In this document: positions 13,901 to 28,900 of the stretch, piece after piece | Numbering within the stretch: position 1 is the stretch's first letter | Layout of the letters: each line of letters opens with the position of its first letter | DNA from: Antedon mediterranea | Taxonomy: Eukaryota; Animalia; Echinodermata | Reading direction: 5' to 3' | Length of the DNA: 64,000 bases | NCBI RefSeq assembly: GCF_964355755.1 | Contig: NC_092677.1 | Span: forward strand, 4,796,101 to 4,860,100 | Notes under the pieces: generated by a model | Told to the model about the DNA's origin: nothing | The model's input: the letters and a program-made list of their open reading frames with translations, nothing else | Database searches by the model: none | Made by a program: the position numbers and the translations under genes

Positions 13901-16900
13901 TGATTCATTTTTCAACTCGAAATTGCGTTATACACTTTGTATTCTATTTATAATTTATCAAGAATAGAAAATATTATCTTACATGAATTGAATAATACTT
14001 ATAAAAAAATGGATGAATGAAATAATCTATATTTGTAATAAGCACTTCTTCAGTTGAATAAAATTGTTTATTAAATGTAAAAACCATGTTGTAAAGTATT
14101 GTTAGTAATTCTGAACAATAATATTGTAACATTTTATATTTATGTTTTACGTAATTTGTTTTCTGTTAATATTTTTTACAGCTCCTGTCTTGACGATGAG
14201 AAATAGTGTGTATTTATCTGTTGCAGGAAAAACTGCGAAAATTCATTTTAATTTGTTAGGCTTAAAACAAGAAATTAATCAATTTATTTTTTGGAAACTT
14301 GAATCCAATGAATGGAAGAAAATTGCCGATAGTTTTACAGATTGTGGCAGATTTGAAGTTCAATATGATAATAAAAACCAGACTGGTTTTCTCGAAATAT
14401 CTAAAGTTAAAACTTCTGATGCTGGTGAATACCGTTGCCAATATATGCCTGAAGAAAATGAGAATTTAATTTATTCAGCAATAAGCCAACTACAAGTTTG
14501 TAAAACGTGTAAGTATACTACAAATTGTATTTTTGCCATGTTTATATTATATAGGACAGTTTAAATAAAATATTAAAATGCTGGAATGAAAACTATAAGT
14601 TAGTGAAAGAAATAAATTAGATTTTTTTTAAATTTTGTTTTTTATCGTGTTTTGTTAGTACTTTACACATCATTAGTGCACACAAATCACACTTTACAAC
14701 ACAGAATTTGATCTAAATTGTTTTCATACTTTTAGATATGACACATCTGAAAACAGGATTCTTGCGTGTGCAATGTAAGTAGATCTTTTGACTCCTATAT
14801 TGTTTCTATGAAAAATAAATTTGTGATAATTAACTGTTTAAGAGCATACTTTATTACAGACTATTAAGCTATTATCTCCTAAAAAAATTATTTTAAAATT
14901 TGTCACAATAATATTAGATAGGACGCATAGTAACATATACATTAAAGCTTGTCTACGACAATTGAATAATTGTACCAACAGCGTCGCCGTAGGCCTACTC
15001 AAGCTATAGGCATTTCAGTCGATCAATTTATACCGTCAACCGTTAACGGTATCATTGTGAACGGTTTAGTTGACTGTTACTTTTATATTTTACGCAACTC
15101 GCGTATATTCTATGATTCAAATATGACGATTTTTTTAAAATGATAAATAAGTCTGTCTGATATTGTTTGAGTAATAACATAATGAAAATTGTAGAAAATT
15201 TGATAACGGATACGCAATATGCACTCTGTTGAATGTGATGAACTGTGATGAAAGTGATAATCCAATTTTTAAATTTCAGATTGCCATATAACATAACAGG
15301 CTGGTCAAAATGTTACTTTAAAGCGTATCTAAAGTTCATTAGCTTTATTATAAGTTTTAAAAAGTATAGGGGTCATCAACCATCCTTAATAGCTATAATC
15401 ATTTCAAAATTGGCATATTTTATACAAATTTGCATTAAATTACAAATTTTCAAGTGCACGATTTTTAGAGTTTGACGTCGACGTGAGATATATAATAATT
15501 TTTGCGTTTGTATTAAATAAAACAAGCATAAGCAAGTTATGGTATCTAGCCTATTCATTTTTATTTTTCTAATGTAGGTGAGGTGTTTTCTACAGCTGAT
15601 GGTAGTGAAACAGGTAACACATACAGGTAAATTGTGTTATTACCATTTTAACAATTCAGTAATATACTAATGATGTGGAAAATCAAAGGAAACTAATCTG
15701 TACACCTAAAAAACTCTAGGTCTAGCTGCATTAATTAATGTATTTTTCACAATAAATGTCCTAATCCTTTGAAAGTGCACATGATGGGTTAAATAGTAGG
15801 TCTCGGCCACGGCAAATGTGAATTTAAAATAATTAATATGAATTTCAAAACATGGCAGCATTTTTAATATGGTACAGAACAGCAAATTTAAAAAGCCACA
15901 TGGCTGCCACAGGTTTTCAATTTGTCTTGCCTTTTCAATTTGTCCTCTTTGCCAACTCCAATGCATAATGTGAGTTTTGTCATGGTATTACACGATTATA
16001 ATATAGTTTGGAGTACTGTATTAATTCAATATTAACTTGTAAGTGTTTACCATAACATGTGTTTACCTTAACATTATACCAGTAGGTTTTATAGGTTTTC
16101 ATATTCATAGAAACTATTGAAAACATTTTTATAGTTTCTATTTATCTCATTTTTGTATATTTTTTCAATAAGTATAAAAATGTTCCTTTGTTGTTTTTTA
16201 AGATATCCTGCTGTAGTCTTTATAAATTCCCATTTTCTTGTCTTTTGTGAGAAAAACGACTCAGATATAATAATGAGGAGAGGAAAGATGAACAGTAACG
16301 GTTTGATTGAATGGGAAAATCCAAAAGTGATTTTACAAGAAAATGGTACAAGGTATTAATTTATATAATGAGAACATTATTGATGTATGAGTAATAACAA
16401 TTCTCATTTCAAATTGTACTTGTTAAAGTGTTCCTGATGTGTCTACCATTGTTGGTGCCAAAAATGTTTTTGAAACTTGTTCTTCACATGATTAAAACAT
16501 GTCAATAATTTGTTCTTTATTTATTTTTTTACAGATTTCAGAACCTGGTGCCAATTGTGACAGATGTGAAAATGGGAAAGGTGATTCTCATGTGTGTTAG
16601 ACAAAATAACAAGACAAAAGAGAGGAAGATAATAAAGATGAGAACAGATGATAAGGGAGACAATTGGAAAGGACCAAGTGATGTACAACTTGATTTGAAA
16701 GACATTCCAGTAGATAGTTTAAGTAAGTAGATTTTGATTTGTATTTGTAATGAGAGTATGGGTGGCGCATTTGGTTAAAACATTTGTACTCCAATCTTTA
16801 TTTCTTTTTTAAAAATAGCACTGATGAATATTTTGTGACTATACTTAAAAATGCTGGATTTGTGTAAATTTACATTTTTCAAGGAGGCATTTTTTGGTTG

Positions 16901-19900
16901 ATTACATTTTATAGATGTCACTAGCGAGAAGAAGTATTATATAGGATATCTTTTTTCAGGGTTATTTTATTTATTATTATGCTATCGCTCTCTATAGAGT
17001 GATAGCCTATTGTAATTGTCAAAAATTTCATTTTTTCTGCTAATTTTTTGTGTCTCGCAGATCTCTAAAACGGCGAAAGCTGTTCAGCTGTAACTCGGCC
17101 AGTAGGTGCACGTATATATGTAGTTGTGCACCTGACTTTGGCTTAATGAAAATATGGCCGCGTAGCGTAACTACGATTTTCTGAAATTCTTAAATTGACT
17201 ATAACTTAAAAACTAACAGCCTTTTTTAAATGAAACTTGGACACACGTAAGCTTCATGTCAAGGGTCATATCATCAGCAAAATTTTGAAGATTAGGTTTT
17301 TTTCGCGTACACGCGCTTTGAAAGTTAAAAATGCTCTCTACACGTTTCAGGACATTTTAAGCATTTCTACGGTGGCCTATAAGTGTCACAGCAACTTTCA
17401 AAAAATATCACGGCAATTTTTTCAAAAAAAGCCACGGCAATTTGAAAAAAGCCACGGCAAATTAAAAATAAAACATCGCGGCAAATTAAAAATAAAACAT
17501 CGCGGCAATTTAACAAAAATACCACGGCAACTTAAAAATGAAACACCACGGCAAATTAGTATTGAAACACTACGGCAAATTAATAATGAAACACCACGGC
17601 AAATTACAGAATGCCACGGCGGAAGTGAGTTACCACGGCGGAAGTGAAACCTTTGGAATCTTCGATTTTTTCTGAGGTAAGTCATTATTTGTGCATTGAT
17701 GTAAATATTATTATTATTATTATTACTTGTATAGCGCACATGTATACAACATTAATTATAATCAGCGTCGCTTCACATCAATTAGTATCGTAAATATTAT
17801 ATTATATTAATATATTTAACTGCAGCAGTTTACGTCTTTATTGCACTCTTCTTGAACTTTCTAGGCCGGGCTAGACCATAGGCCTTCCCAGTGGGCAAAA
17901 ATTGGTTGAATTAACGTTAATTCAACGTTATCTGCAAACGTTGAAATAACGTTGAAAAAGTGGTTGAAAATGAAAGTTTGCCTCAACGTAAATGTCAACG
18001 TTGAATCAACATAGAAATTATCAACGTTGAAACAACGTTAAAATAAGTAACGTTGAAATAACGTTGAAAAAATGGTTGAAAATGAAAGTTTGCCTCAACG
18101 TAAATGTCAACGTTGAATCAACATAGAAATTATCAACGTTGAAACAACGTTAAAATAAGTAACGTTGAAATAACGTTGAAAAAATGGTTGAAAATGAAAG
18201 TTTGCCTCAACTTAAATGTCAACGTTGAATCAACATAGAAATTATCAACGTTGAAACAACGTTAAAATAGGTAACGTTGAAATAACGTTGAAAAAATGGT
18301 TGAAAATGAAAGTTTGCCTCAACGTAAATGTCAACGTTGAATCAACATAGAAATTATCAACGTTGAAACAACGTTAAAATAGGTAACGTTGAAATAACGT
18401 TGAAAATGAAAGTTTGCCTCAACGTAAATGTCAACGTTGAATCAACATAGAAATTATCAACGTTGAAACAACGTTAAAATAAGTAACGTTGAAATAACGG
18501 TTGAAAATGAAAGTTTGCCTCAACAAAAATGTCAACGTTGATTCAACATAGATTATCAACGTTGAAACAACGTAAAAATGTCTACGTTGAAATTATCAAT
18601 GTTGATTCAATGTTGAAATTATTAACGTTGAAACAACGTAATAATTAAGTTGAAATGAAAATTTGCATCAACGTAAATTTAAACATAGATTTAACGTTGA
18701 AATTTGATTTGTTGAATTACTATATCCAATTTGAATCAACGGTTTTAAAGTAGTTAGTAGTAAAGGTACTGTTACGTCGCAGAATCCATCAATAGAGACA
18801 TTTTATAAATACTGTATATCTTACTAATCTTTAATTTCTATAAAAACATAAAATAACATTTAATCAGGTGTTATCAAATCATCAGGCAAAATCCAAGCAA
18901 CAATCAAATAATGTACATCCTCACTGACAGTTCTCAGGTACCAATGTTAAGTATAAAAAATATACTAATAACCAGTTTGTAATATGTTTGCCAACTAACA
19001 TGATTGAATAACTATAAATATTGGCTGATTACAGTAAAACACAATAAATACAACACACGTCACAGGTGCCTTGTGCTAATGTTGCAGAAGTCCAAATGAT
19101 GGCAATAACACAATACTGTACTGTAATTGCATTGTTCCGATTAGTCAATAAACAGTTGCCTCGATTCCTGTGTTGACATTGTCCTATGCTTTCCAAAAGT
19201 GTGGCAATATTATTTTTCCAAACCTGAAACAAATTCAATCAAGTTACTGTAGTTTTAAACAAAAATAATACAAAAAAATTAATTGTTGAAAGATTTATTG
19301 TCCCCAAAAAATATGAACAATGAAGATTAATACAATCATACTTTGAATACCTTGCCATTTTGCAATTTTAACAATTTAGATATTCACTTGCCGTAGAAAA
19401 TAAACAAAAACAATAAAGATTTCACTTAACAAAAATACAAAATAAACAGTACATTTAACCAAAAACCAATTGTTTGTTTAAATTGTCCCCCTTTTAAGGT
19501 ACAAATGCATTTTTAAAAATCTAATTTTTGGTCAAAGTGAACAACTCTATAGTGACGGCATATTCAACAAAACATTTTTTAAAAAATTGTTCAGTTCAAT
19601 TATATCTTTAACACATTGTTCAAAAATCATACTGTACATAAACAAAAATTCAATTCAGAACATCATTTCACACTTACACGTAAAATATGCAATCAATTCA
19701 ATTTATGTAAATAATATTGCAACACTGTATTAATATTTACGCCGTGGTTAGGATTCCGGCACCGAAACTCCACTGCCCAGCGTTAGGGAATCCGACACGC
19801 TATTGCGCATGCCCAGAGCAAGGTAATCGGCGATTTTTGTCTACAACAGACCAAAGCGTGGTTCCCACTAGCGACGCAACACAAGGACGTAACGCAACGC

Positions 19901-22900
19901 AAGTAAATTGACCAATCACAAGCGATGGCTTATTCGCTTGTGATTGCTAACTGTCTATAACTTCGCTTGTCATTGGTTAAAACGCTTGCGTTGCGTTTAT
20001 GTCCTTGCGTTACGTTCTAGTGGGAACCAAGCTTTACAGCGATGGATCATTTTAATAGCTGCGCCACGGCGAACTAGCCGGCCTACATGCCTACTACTAA
20101 TACTAGTAGGCCTACCAGCTAGATGTGACCATTGGGCCTATTTATTTTGTAATTAAATTTGCTTCATTCATATATAAACTTTATATATTTATGAATTATA
20201 ATAATTGCATGACTAGTTATATTTTTTATGATTTTTCAAGTACAAAATAAAAGATTTCATATAACGCATTTATACTGTACATATTAACATCATGCAATCG
20301 TATACAAGTTGATTTGTTGACAGCAGCCGCTGTGCGGATGTGAAAAAAAAAAACAGAACTGTTCGGGAGAAGTCGATGTCGCAACGCTACGCTATTCATT
20401 TTCGTACATTTCTTGAAATACGCAAGCTGATTCTTATCAATATCATAATAATTATTTTAACGCGTGGCGTAATTATTAATTCATGTATGGCCTAGGCCAA
20501 GTTTCATCCATCGCTCTCTCCCCCGCGCGCCGACTAACTAGGCCACAGCTAAGATATCTTTGGTTACACAGTACATCCCTAGTTAACACTCCGACTCTCG
20601 GGTAATGTGGTGCGCGGTCTGTGGCACTAGTGCAAGCTATAATTACTTCGCTCTGGGCATGCGCAATAGCGTGTCGGATTCCCTAACGATGGGAAGTTGA
20701 GTTGCGGTGCCGGAATCCTAACCACGGCGTAATATTTATTCAATTCAATATTAAAGTTAAGAACTATAAATACCAACCTTTTGTATATAAAAATATTGAT
20801 CATCCATTAGATTTTTCTCGTTTGATTCACATAGAAAAGATTATAGGCCTACATGTACTTCATTATTTTGTACTCTAGCTAGGCATAGGCCAGGGCCTTA
20901 GCTAGGCCTACAATCTGAAATAAAGAAAGCGAGTAAGTTTAACAAATAGCCGTCCTAGGCTAGCAGCATGTGTTTGTATATTAACACTAATAATAGCATT
21001 AGCAGCTACTGTAGACAGTCTAGCAGAAAGCTAGCTAGGCCAACTAATTATATATTATAATGTTATATTTATGTATACTTTTGGATAAATAAATAAAGAA
21101 AGTATTGAACTAAAAGGTCTAATACATACCATTTTATAACCATAATAAGTACAGTACTGTAGTTATCCTTGGCAAGGCAAATGTTTGCCCTTGACATGCA
21201 TAATACTAAATGCTTCCACTAGGCCTAGTGAGTGAATTCAGTTCATCAGTTTGGCAGCCTGCCTAGCCTCTAGGCCTAGCTAGGCCTAGCCTACCGGCCA
21301 GGCTATAATAGCCTAGCTATGCATGTGTGGCCTACTAGACTAGAGGCTAGCTATTGATAAGGCCAGGGTAAAATAGTCAAGCTCAACGCTTATAAATTAG
21401 TAGATTACAAATAAAAAAGATTGTTTTCCTACCTCAAAACATACTTATTTGACAATTTCAATGATGAGCCTTTTTTTTCTACACACCACTACCACTGTAG
21501 GCCTAGCCTACGTCGAAGTAACTGAAATTACTGACACCAGTTTCAAAATTTTATCAAAACGAAACTAAACCAATGACAAGCTCGTATCTTATGAAATTTG
21601 ATCTTGCATGAAGGGATCATTCAATTTTCAACACAACTTCTAGAACATTTTTGTATTATACAGAGACAATAATATTTGCCAATCTAAAATTCCTAAATAA
21701 CCAATAATCATTTGTTTTACAATAAAGGATGATAAAATAAACCGCCAACTGAAATCTAATGTTAATTTAACGTTGAAACATCAATGGCAACGCACTTAGT
21801 ATTAAAAAATTTAAGTATTAAATAGAATTTATCTTTAATTTAACGTTTAATTAACATTGAAAAACAAAAATAATAATTGTTTGAAAAAACAACATAATTT
21901 CAAGAGTTTTTCAACGTTGAAAACATGTCATTTGAAAATGCCAACTGGATTTCAACGTTAAAATAACGTTGGAATAACATTGAAAAACAAAAATAATAAT
22001 TGTTTGAAAAAAATTATTAGTTAGAAATACAATGTTATTTCAACGTTGGATCAACATTGATAAATTAACGTCAATTACTAGTTAGAAAGACAATGTTATT
22101 TCAACGTTGGAGCAACATTGATAAATTAACGTAAATTTCTTGTTAAAAATACAATGTTATTTCAACGTTGGATCAACATTGATAAATTAACGTAAATTAC
22201 TAGTTAGAAATACAATGTTATTTCAACGTTGGATCAACATTGATAAATTAACGTAAATTTCTAGTTAAAAATACAATGTTATTGCAGCGTTGGATCAACA
22301 TTGAGTAATATAAATTTCTTGTTAAAAATACAATGTTATTTCAACGTTGGACAACATTGATAAATTAACGTAAATTTCTAGATATAAAGACAATGTTATT
22401 TCAACGTTGTATCAACATTGATAAATTAACGTAAATTACTAGTTAGAAAGACAATATTATTTCAACGTTGGATCAACATTAATAAATTAACGTAAATTTC
22501 TAGTTAAAAATACAATGTTATTTCAACGTTGGATCAACATTGATAAATTAACGTAAATTACTAGTTAGAAATACAATGTTATTTCAACGTTGGATCAACA
22601 TTGATAAATTAACGTAAATTACTAGTTAAAAATACAATGTTATTTCAACGTTGGATCAACATTGATAAATTAACGTAAATTTCTAGTTAAAAATACTATG
22701 TGATTTTAACGTTGGATCAACATTGATAAATTAACGTAAATTACTAGTTTAAAATACAATGTTATTTCAACGTTGGATCAACATTGATAAATTAACGTAA
22801 ATTTCTAGTTAAAAATACTATGTGATTTAAACGTTGGATCAACATTGATAAATTAACGTAAATTACTAGTTAGAAAGACAATGTTATTTCAACGTTGGAT

Positions 22901-25900
22901 CAACAATGATAAATTAACTTAAATTACTAGTTAAAAAGACAATGTTATTTCAACGTTGGATTAACATTAATAAATTAACGTAAATTTCTAGTTAAAAATA
23001 CAATGTTATTTCAACGTTGGATCAACATTAATAAATTAACGTAAATTTCTAGTTAAAAATACATTGTTATTTCAACGTTGGATCAACATTGATAAATTAA
23101 CGTAAATTACTAGTTAAAAATACAATGTTATTTCAACGTTGGATCAACATTGATAAATTAACGTAAATTACTAGTTAAAAATACAATGTTATTTCAACGT
23201 TGGATCAACATTGATAAATTAACTTAAATTTCGAGTTAAAAATACAATGTGATTTTAACGTTGGATCAACATTGATAAATTAAGGTAAATTACTAGTTAG
23301 AAAGACAATGTTATTTCAACGTTGGATCAACATTGATAAATTAACGTAAATTACTAGTTAGAAATACAATGTTATTGCAACGTTGGATCAACATTGATAA
23401 ATTAACTTAAATTACTAGTTAGAAAGACAATGTTATTTCAACGTTGGATCAACATTGATAATAAAACGAAAATTTCTAGTTAGAAATACAATGTTATTTC
23501 AACGTTGGATCAACATTGATAAATTAACGTAAATTTCTAGTTAGAAAGACAATGTTATTTCAACGTTAAATCAACATTGATAAATTAACGTAAATTACTA
23601 GTTAGAAAGACAATGTTATTTGAACGTTGGATCAACATTGATAATAAAACGTAAATTTCTAGTTAGAAATACAATGTTATTTCAACGTTGGATCAACATT
23701 GATAAATTAACGTAAATTTCTAGTTAAAAATACAAGATTATTTCAACGTTGGATCAACATTGATAAATTAACGTAAATTTCTAGTTAAAAATACAATGTT
23801 ATTTCAACGTTGGATCAACATTGACAAATTAACGTAAATTACTAGTTAGAAAGACAATGTTATTTCAACGTTAAATCAACATTGATAAATTAACGTAAAT
23901 TACTAGTTAGAAGGACAATGTTATTTTAACGTTGGATCAACATTGATAAATTAACGTAAATTTCTAGTTAAAAATACAATGTTATTTCAACGTTGAATCA
24001 ACATTTATAAATTAACGTAAAACATTTGTTTGAAAAACAATGTTATTTCAACGTTAAATTGACATTTATTAATTAACATAAATTACTAGTTAAAAAGAAA
24101 ATGTTATTTCAACGTTGATTCAATGTTTATTACTAAACGTAAAAAAAATAGTTAGGGAAAAAATGTTATTTCAACGTTGATTCAACGTTTGAAATACGCT
24201 GACAACATGATTTCAACAAATCAACTATATTTCAACGTTGATTCAACGTTGAAATTATGTTCTGTGCCCACTGGGTTATAACATTCTACAATGTTTTAAT
24301 ATATTTACAGTATAAATCTGTTTTTTATATAACAAGTTTTTTTACAGTAGACCTAGCTACTACTGTAGGCCTATAGACTGTGGGCTCAAACACGGGACCC
24401 TCCCCCCCCCCTGGGGATTTTTCGGGACCAGTATTTTTTTTAACCCTACCCATATACGAACTAAAATCAGGTTGTCTGCACATTGCGCAGTGGTGCGTAT
24501 TCCCGTGAGGGCGCGTTTTCAAAATGGCTGCCCATAGGCTCAGGTGCCTCTATCTTGGCAACCACTCATGGTAGAGACTTATAAATGGTTTCAAATTGTT
24601 TACAGTTAGCACATTTCTATTTGCTCTAATGAAAAGTTTTGTAAAAATTTGACCGGAAATGACATTTTTGTCACTCTGACCTTTGACCCGGTTTTGTCAT
24701 ATCTCTATAACTACTGGTAGTACACATTTGGAATTTGTCGCAAATTGTTTGGAACATGTGGTTTTATACTTGCTCTAATGGAGAGTTTTATGTAAAGGGG
24801 ACTGGGAATGCCATTTCTGACCGTTTTGTCAAAATGGCTGCCAACAATTCTAATAAAAGTGCACTATTGGGTTTTTTTCTATATTTTAAAGACATAACAT
24901 TGACTTTACATGATAGACACTTGTAAATGATCTCAAATTGTTTACAATATGCATATTTCTATTTGCTCTAATGAAACATTTTTTCAAAAAATTACCGGAA
25001 GTGACATTTATGACCTTTATGACTTTTGACCTGGTTTTATCATATCTCTCTAACTACTGGTAGTATACATTTGGAAATTGTTGCAAATTTTTCAGAACAT
25101 GTGGTTTTATAGTTGCTCTAGTAGAATGTTGTTTGGAAAAGTAACTGGAAATGCCATTTCTTACTATTTACAATAAAAGTTTCAATAACAAGATTATCTA
25201 GTCTTCTTCCGTGTCAAAAAAAATGTCCATGAAGTTGTTAAATTCAGTTTGCTCATCATCATCCTCCTCCTCATCCTCCTCTTCCTGTTCCTCTACCAAT
25301 ACGTCAACCAGCTCATGTGGCATCATATCACCTTCCGTCCACTTCAAGTCCAACTTTTCATTTTGAATACACCATGCCCGTCTGGTTGAGGGATATTTGG
25401 TACGGCTTGGTGTGCTTGGTACCAAATAAACGCTTGATAATTAGATCTTTTAACATGCATTTTTAGAGCATCTCGGCAAGGTGGAGGGAGGCTCATATCC
25501 ATGCCATCATAGGTCGAAAGTATTGCACCTGGCTTGACACTAAATCTTTCCAGAAATTTATCATGTCGCAAAGTGTTAATGTCAGTTACAGTAGATTAGT
25601 GTTGTAAAGACGGCACACAAAATGCTCCAAGCTTTCATGAGTTTCATCTGCAATTTCCAATGATCGGCCAAGAGTCAGAAATGCACCAAGAAATTCCTGG
25701 TGCTGTTTGAGGATCTTCAAAGGTAGTAGTTTCCACTTACGAACAAATGCACTGGTTGTGTCACAACAACTGAATGCATGTAATGCGGGAAGGGCATGAC
25801 ACACATCATTTCCCACATCACTTATGACTTTATGCACATCTACAAGACGTCTTTTGTTGCCAACACACCTGTATCAAATAGTATTGTTTGAGTCAGTTCC

Positions 25901-28900
25901 TGGGTGTGATGAAGCAGAAGAATGAAGACATCTGTGTCTGGAGATCGAATGATTATGGTAGAATTGGATGATGAATTTCTGGCAATTTGCAGACAGTGGA
26001 GAATCAACTTCGTATCAGCCTCTTCCTGTGTTGACGATAACCCTGTAAGTTCATCAGACATAGTTTCTCGGCCATCATTGCTCTTCAGACTTATGCATTT
26101 ATTCGTATAGCCAAATACAACTTCTCTTCCATGAAGATTTGGTGCATATTTATTCTTTTTCCATTCACTTAGTAGAAATTCTGTTAGTGTCATCTTATTG
26201 TCATCGCTTGACAGAAACGATTTCCAGTCTCGTGGCACTTTAGTCTTGACTCCTTTAATTATATGGGATTTAGAAGAACCTCTTCTAGCCCTTTCAATTC
26301 CTTTGATTGATAGTGGGAGGTAGGTATCAGTTACAAAGTCCACACGTTTTACCTTAGGCAGCTGTCCAAATATACTCTCTGCCAGGTCTCCAAATGTATC
26401 AGGCAAAGCCATCTGTGCTTGCAGCAGAGCCATTCAGTGAACAATATATGTTGTTTCTCCAGCCGGCCTTTCTATTGTGTTCGATTCGCCTACCAATGCA
26501 TGCATAAGCTTTGCCTTGTCTGTCTTCACTGGAACACCATCAGCCGTTGCAAGTGCCCATGGAACAGGGCCCAATGAGAAACTAAGCACCCTCTCCATAC
26601 TAATGTCATGCTTCATTGCTAAAAGTACAAGCTGACCAAATACATTTCTTTCAGCTTTTACTTCTTTGGTCTTCTTTGACTGTCCCGAGATCTTACAGGA
26701 TTTGGCAAGTTGTACAAATGTCTTTAGTTTACACTTCTTGATTGGATGATGAAAACTTACTGTGCCTTCAACAAGTCGTTGCGTAACAAATTTGTCGTAA
26801 GCCTGTTTTCCAATATTATCAGCCTGGAGGAGATCATGTTCGATCTCATCTGATATCTTGTTCACTGTTGATGATGTGTGAGGACTTCAAGCCCTTGTGT
26901 GAAGTCGATTCCATGTTATCCATGTCTGCCATTTCCATTGTGGCTTGCTGGTAACCAGCCCTACTGTGTCTTGTCGTGCACCACCTATGATATGCCGAAT
27001 AGTTCCTGCTGAATCCTATGATTCCACCATGGCACTTTGCGTGACGGTTGATAGTTTGTTCAATTGTGATGTCAACAGCATTTCTTGACATCGGAATTTG
27101 TGATCGTTTAACGCTGAAACCATTGTGTCGCAAGAGCTCCTCTGCTCCGGGATGTGTCTCTGATATGTTTAGGAGAGACAGGAAATACACCATTGTATAT
27201 CTAGCATAGTTTTGGTGGTCGTAGCTAAAAAACAGACTACACATTCTTTGTAGGCTAGCTAAATGCAAATCAAAATTGTTTTCTTAGTTGCTCTTTGAAA
27301 TTGAAGGATAAGCCAAACTCGATCCATATAGTTAAGCCAGAACTGTGCAGTTTTACCAAGTTCTCCTAGGCCTAGGCTAGTCCACATTTTGCACCATGTA
27401 CTGTACTAGGAGAGCAAATTGCTTGTAATACTTACTATGAATTAACTTTGTTGTTGAAAAAGCACAATTTTCTTCGATAATTTAGCTCAATGTTATATGA
27501 CTAGACTGGTTTCATACAACTGATCAACTAGACTACTACACTGCTATCTGTGTTCTGATTGGTTTAAAGTTGAATGTCATGCATCAACTAATTTGTTCGA
27601 TAGTAGTTTTTGTATTTATTTTAATAATAATAATATTATTTTATTAGTTTAATCAAATAATGTCAGTACCAGTTAAATTATTGAATGGTAAAATGACATT
27701 CTGACATTTTTCTGATTGTTTATATAATCATTTCTAGTAATTACTTCAATTTTGTTAAGTTTTATGATTTTCGACGGCCATTTTGAAATGCGCCCTCTAT
27801 ATTGACTTTTCGGAATACAAACATATACCATGACCTGACCACACATTATTTCAATACAGAACAATTAAAAAACAAGTTAATTTTAGCATATAAATTACTG
27901 TTTTATCAATATATATAATATTTTATTAAATTTGGCGGCCATTTTGGAAAAAGCGCACTCATCGGTTTACGCACCATTGCGCAATGTGCAGACAACCTGA
28001 TTTGAAAACCTATATGTGTGAGGTTTCCAAAAATGTATGGGTCATAAAATCCCCAGGGGGGGGGAGGGGTGGGGGGTTACGGTAGCCCACAGTCTACTAA
28101 GGCCTATGCCTTAGGCTAGTAGTAGGCATAGCTAGACCTAGTGCAATAAACACGTAAATGCTGCAGTTAAATAAATTAATAATAATATAATAATTATTTA
28201 TTTACTTCAATGCACAAATAATTACTTTACCTCAGAAAAAATCGAAGATTCCAAAGGTTTCACTTCCGCCGTGGCATTCTGTAATTTGACGTGGTGTTTC
28301 ATTACTAATTTGCCGCGTGGTGTTTCAATACTAATTTGCCGTGGTGTTTCATTTTTAAGTTGCCGTGGTATTTTTGTTAAATTGCCGCGATGTTTTATTT
28401 TTAATTTGCCGTGATGTTTTATTTTTAATTTGCCGTGGCTTTTTTCAAATTGCCGTGGCTTTTTTCAAATTGCCGTGGCTTTTTTCAAATTGCCGTGGCT
28501 TTTTTTTAATGTTGCCGTGATATTTTTTTTAAGTTGCAGTGACACTACCGTACATTTCACATTTTTCAAACAAATTTGCGTTGTGCACGTACTGTAGCCC
28601 ATATGCAGCCTAGAAAGCCCGTTTTTGCGCTTGATTATTGTTCTATATATTTTTGTGATACATTTCTTTCATATTTGATGAATTATGAATGTAAAATAAT
28701 GACACGCGTGTACGTCAAACTTTAAAAATCATGCTCTTGAAAATTGGTAATTTTATGCAAATTTGTGTAAAATTATGCCTATTTTGAATCTATTATAGTT
28801 CCTCAGGATCAACAGTGACCCCCGATATTTTTAACTTAATATGTAAGTAGATATGTTGTAGATATGAATCCATGCAGAATTTTTACCTCTCGGTGGTTGT

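Larger units (their letters stand above)
17887..24275. mobile_element. EnSpm/CACTA-like (CCC-terminal) non-autonomous DNA transposon
   Basis: TT|CCCAGTGGGCA...TGCCCACTGGG|TT: 11-bp TIR, 2-bp TSD, long AACGTT-rich subterminal arrays; no transposase ORF seen. Confidence 0.78.
17370..28550. mobile_element. Long-TIR non-autonomous DNA transposon (arms about 17370-17850 and 28140-28550) expanded by nested insertions
   Basis: TA|CGGT..AGTGTCACAGCAAC... / ...GTTGCAGTGACACTACCG|TA; arrays of CCACGGCAA on the left and TTGCCGTGG on the right. Confidence 0.8.

Noticed and set aside
17237-17739. ORFs 17237..17647 and 17422..17739 with repeated PRQ/CRG peptides
   Set aside because: Translation of CCACGGCAA repeats in a transposon arm.
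22020-24250. CRISPR-like regular array
   Set aside because: Units are wholly repeated with no unique spacers, there are no cas genes, and the context is eukaryotic; it is a TE-associated satellite.
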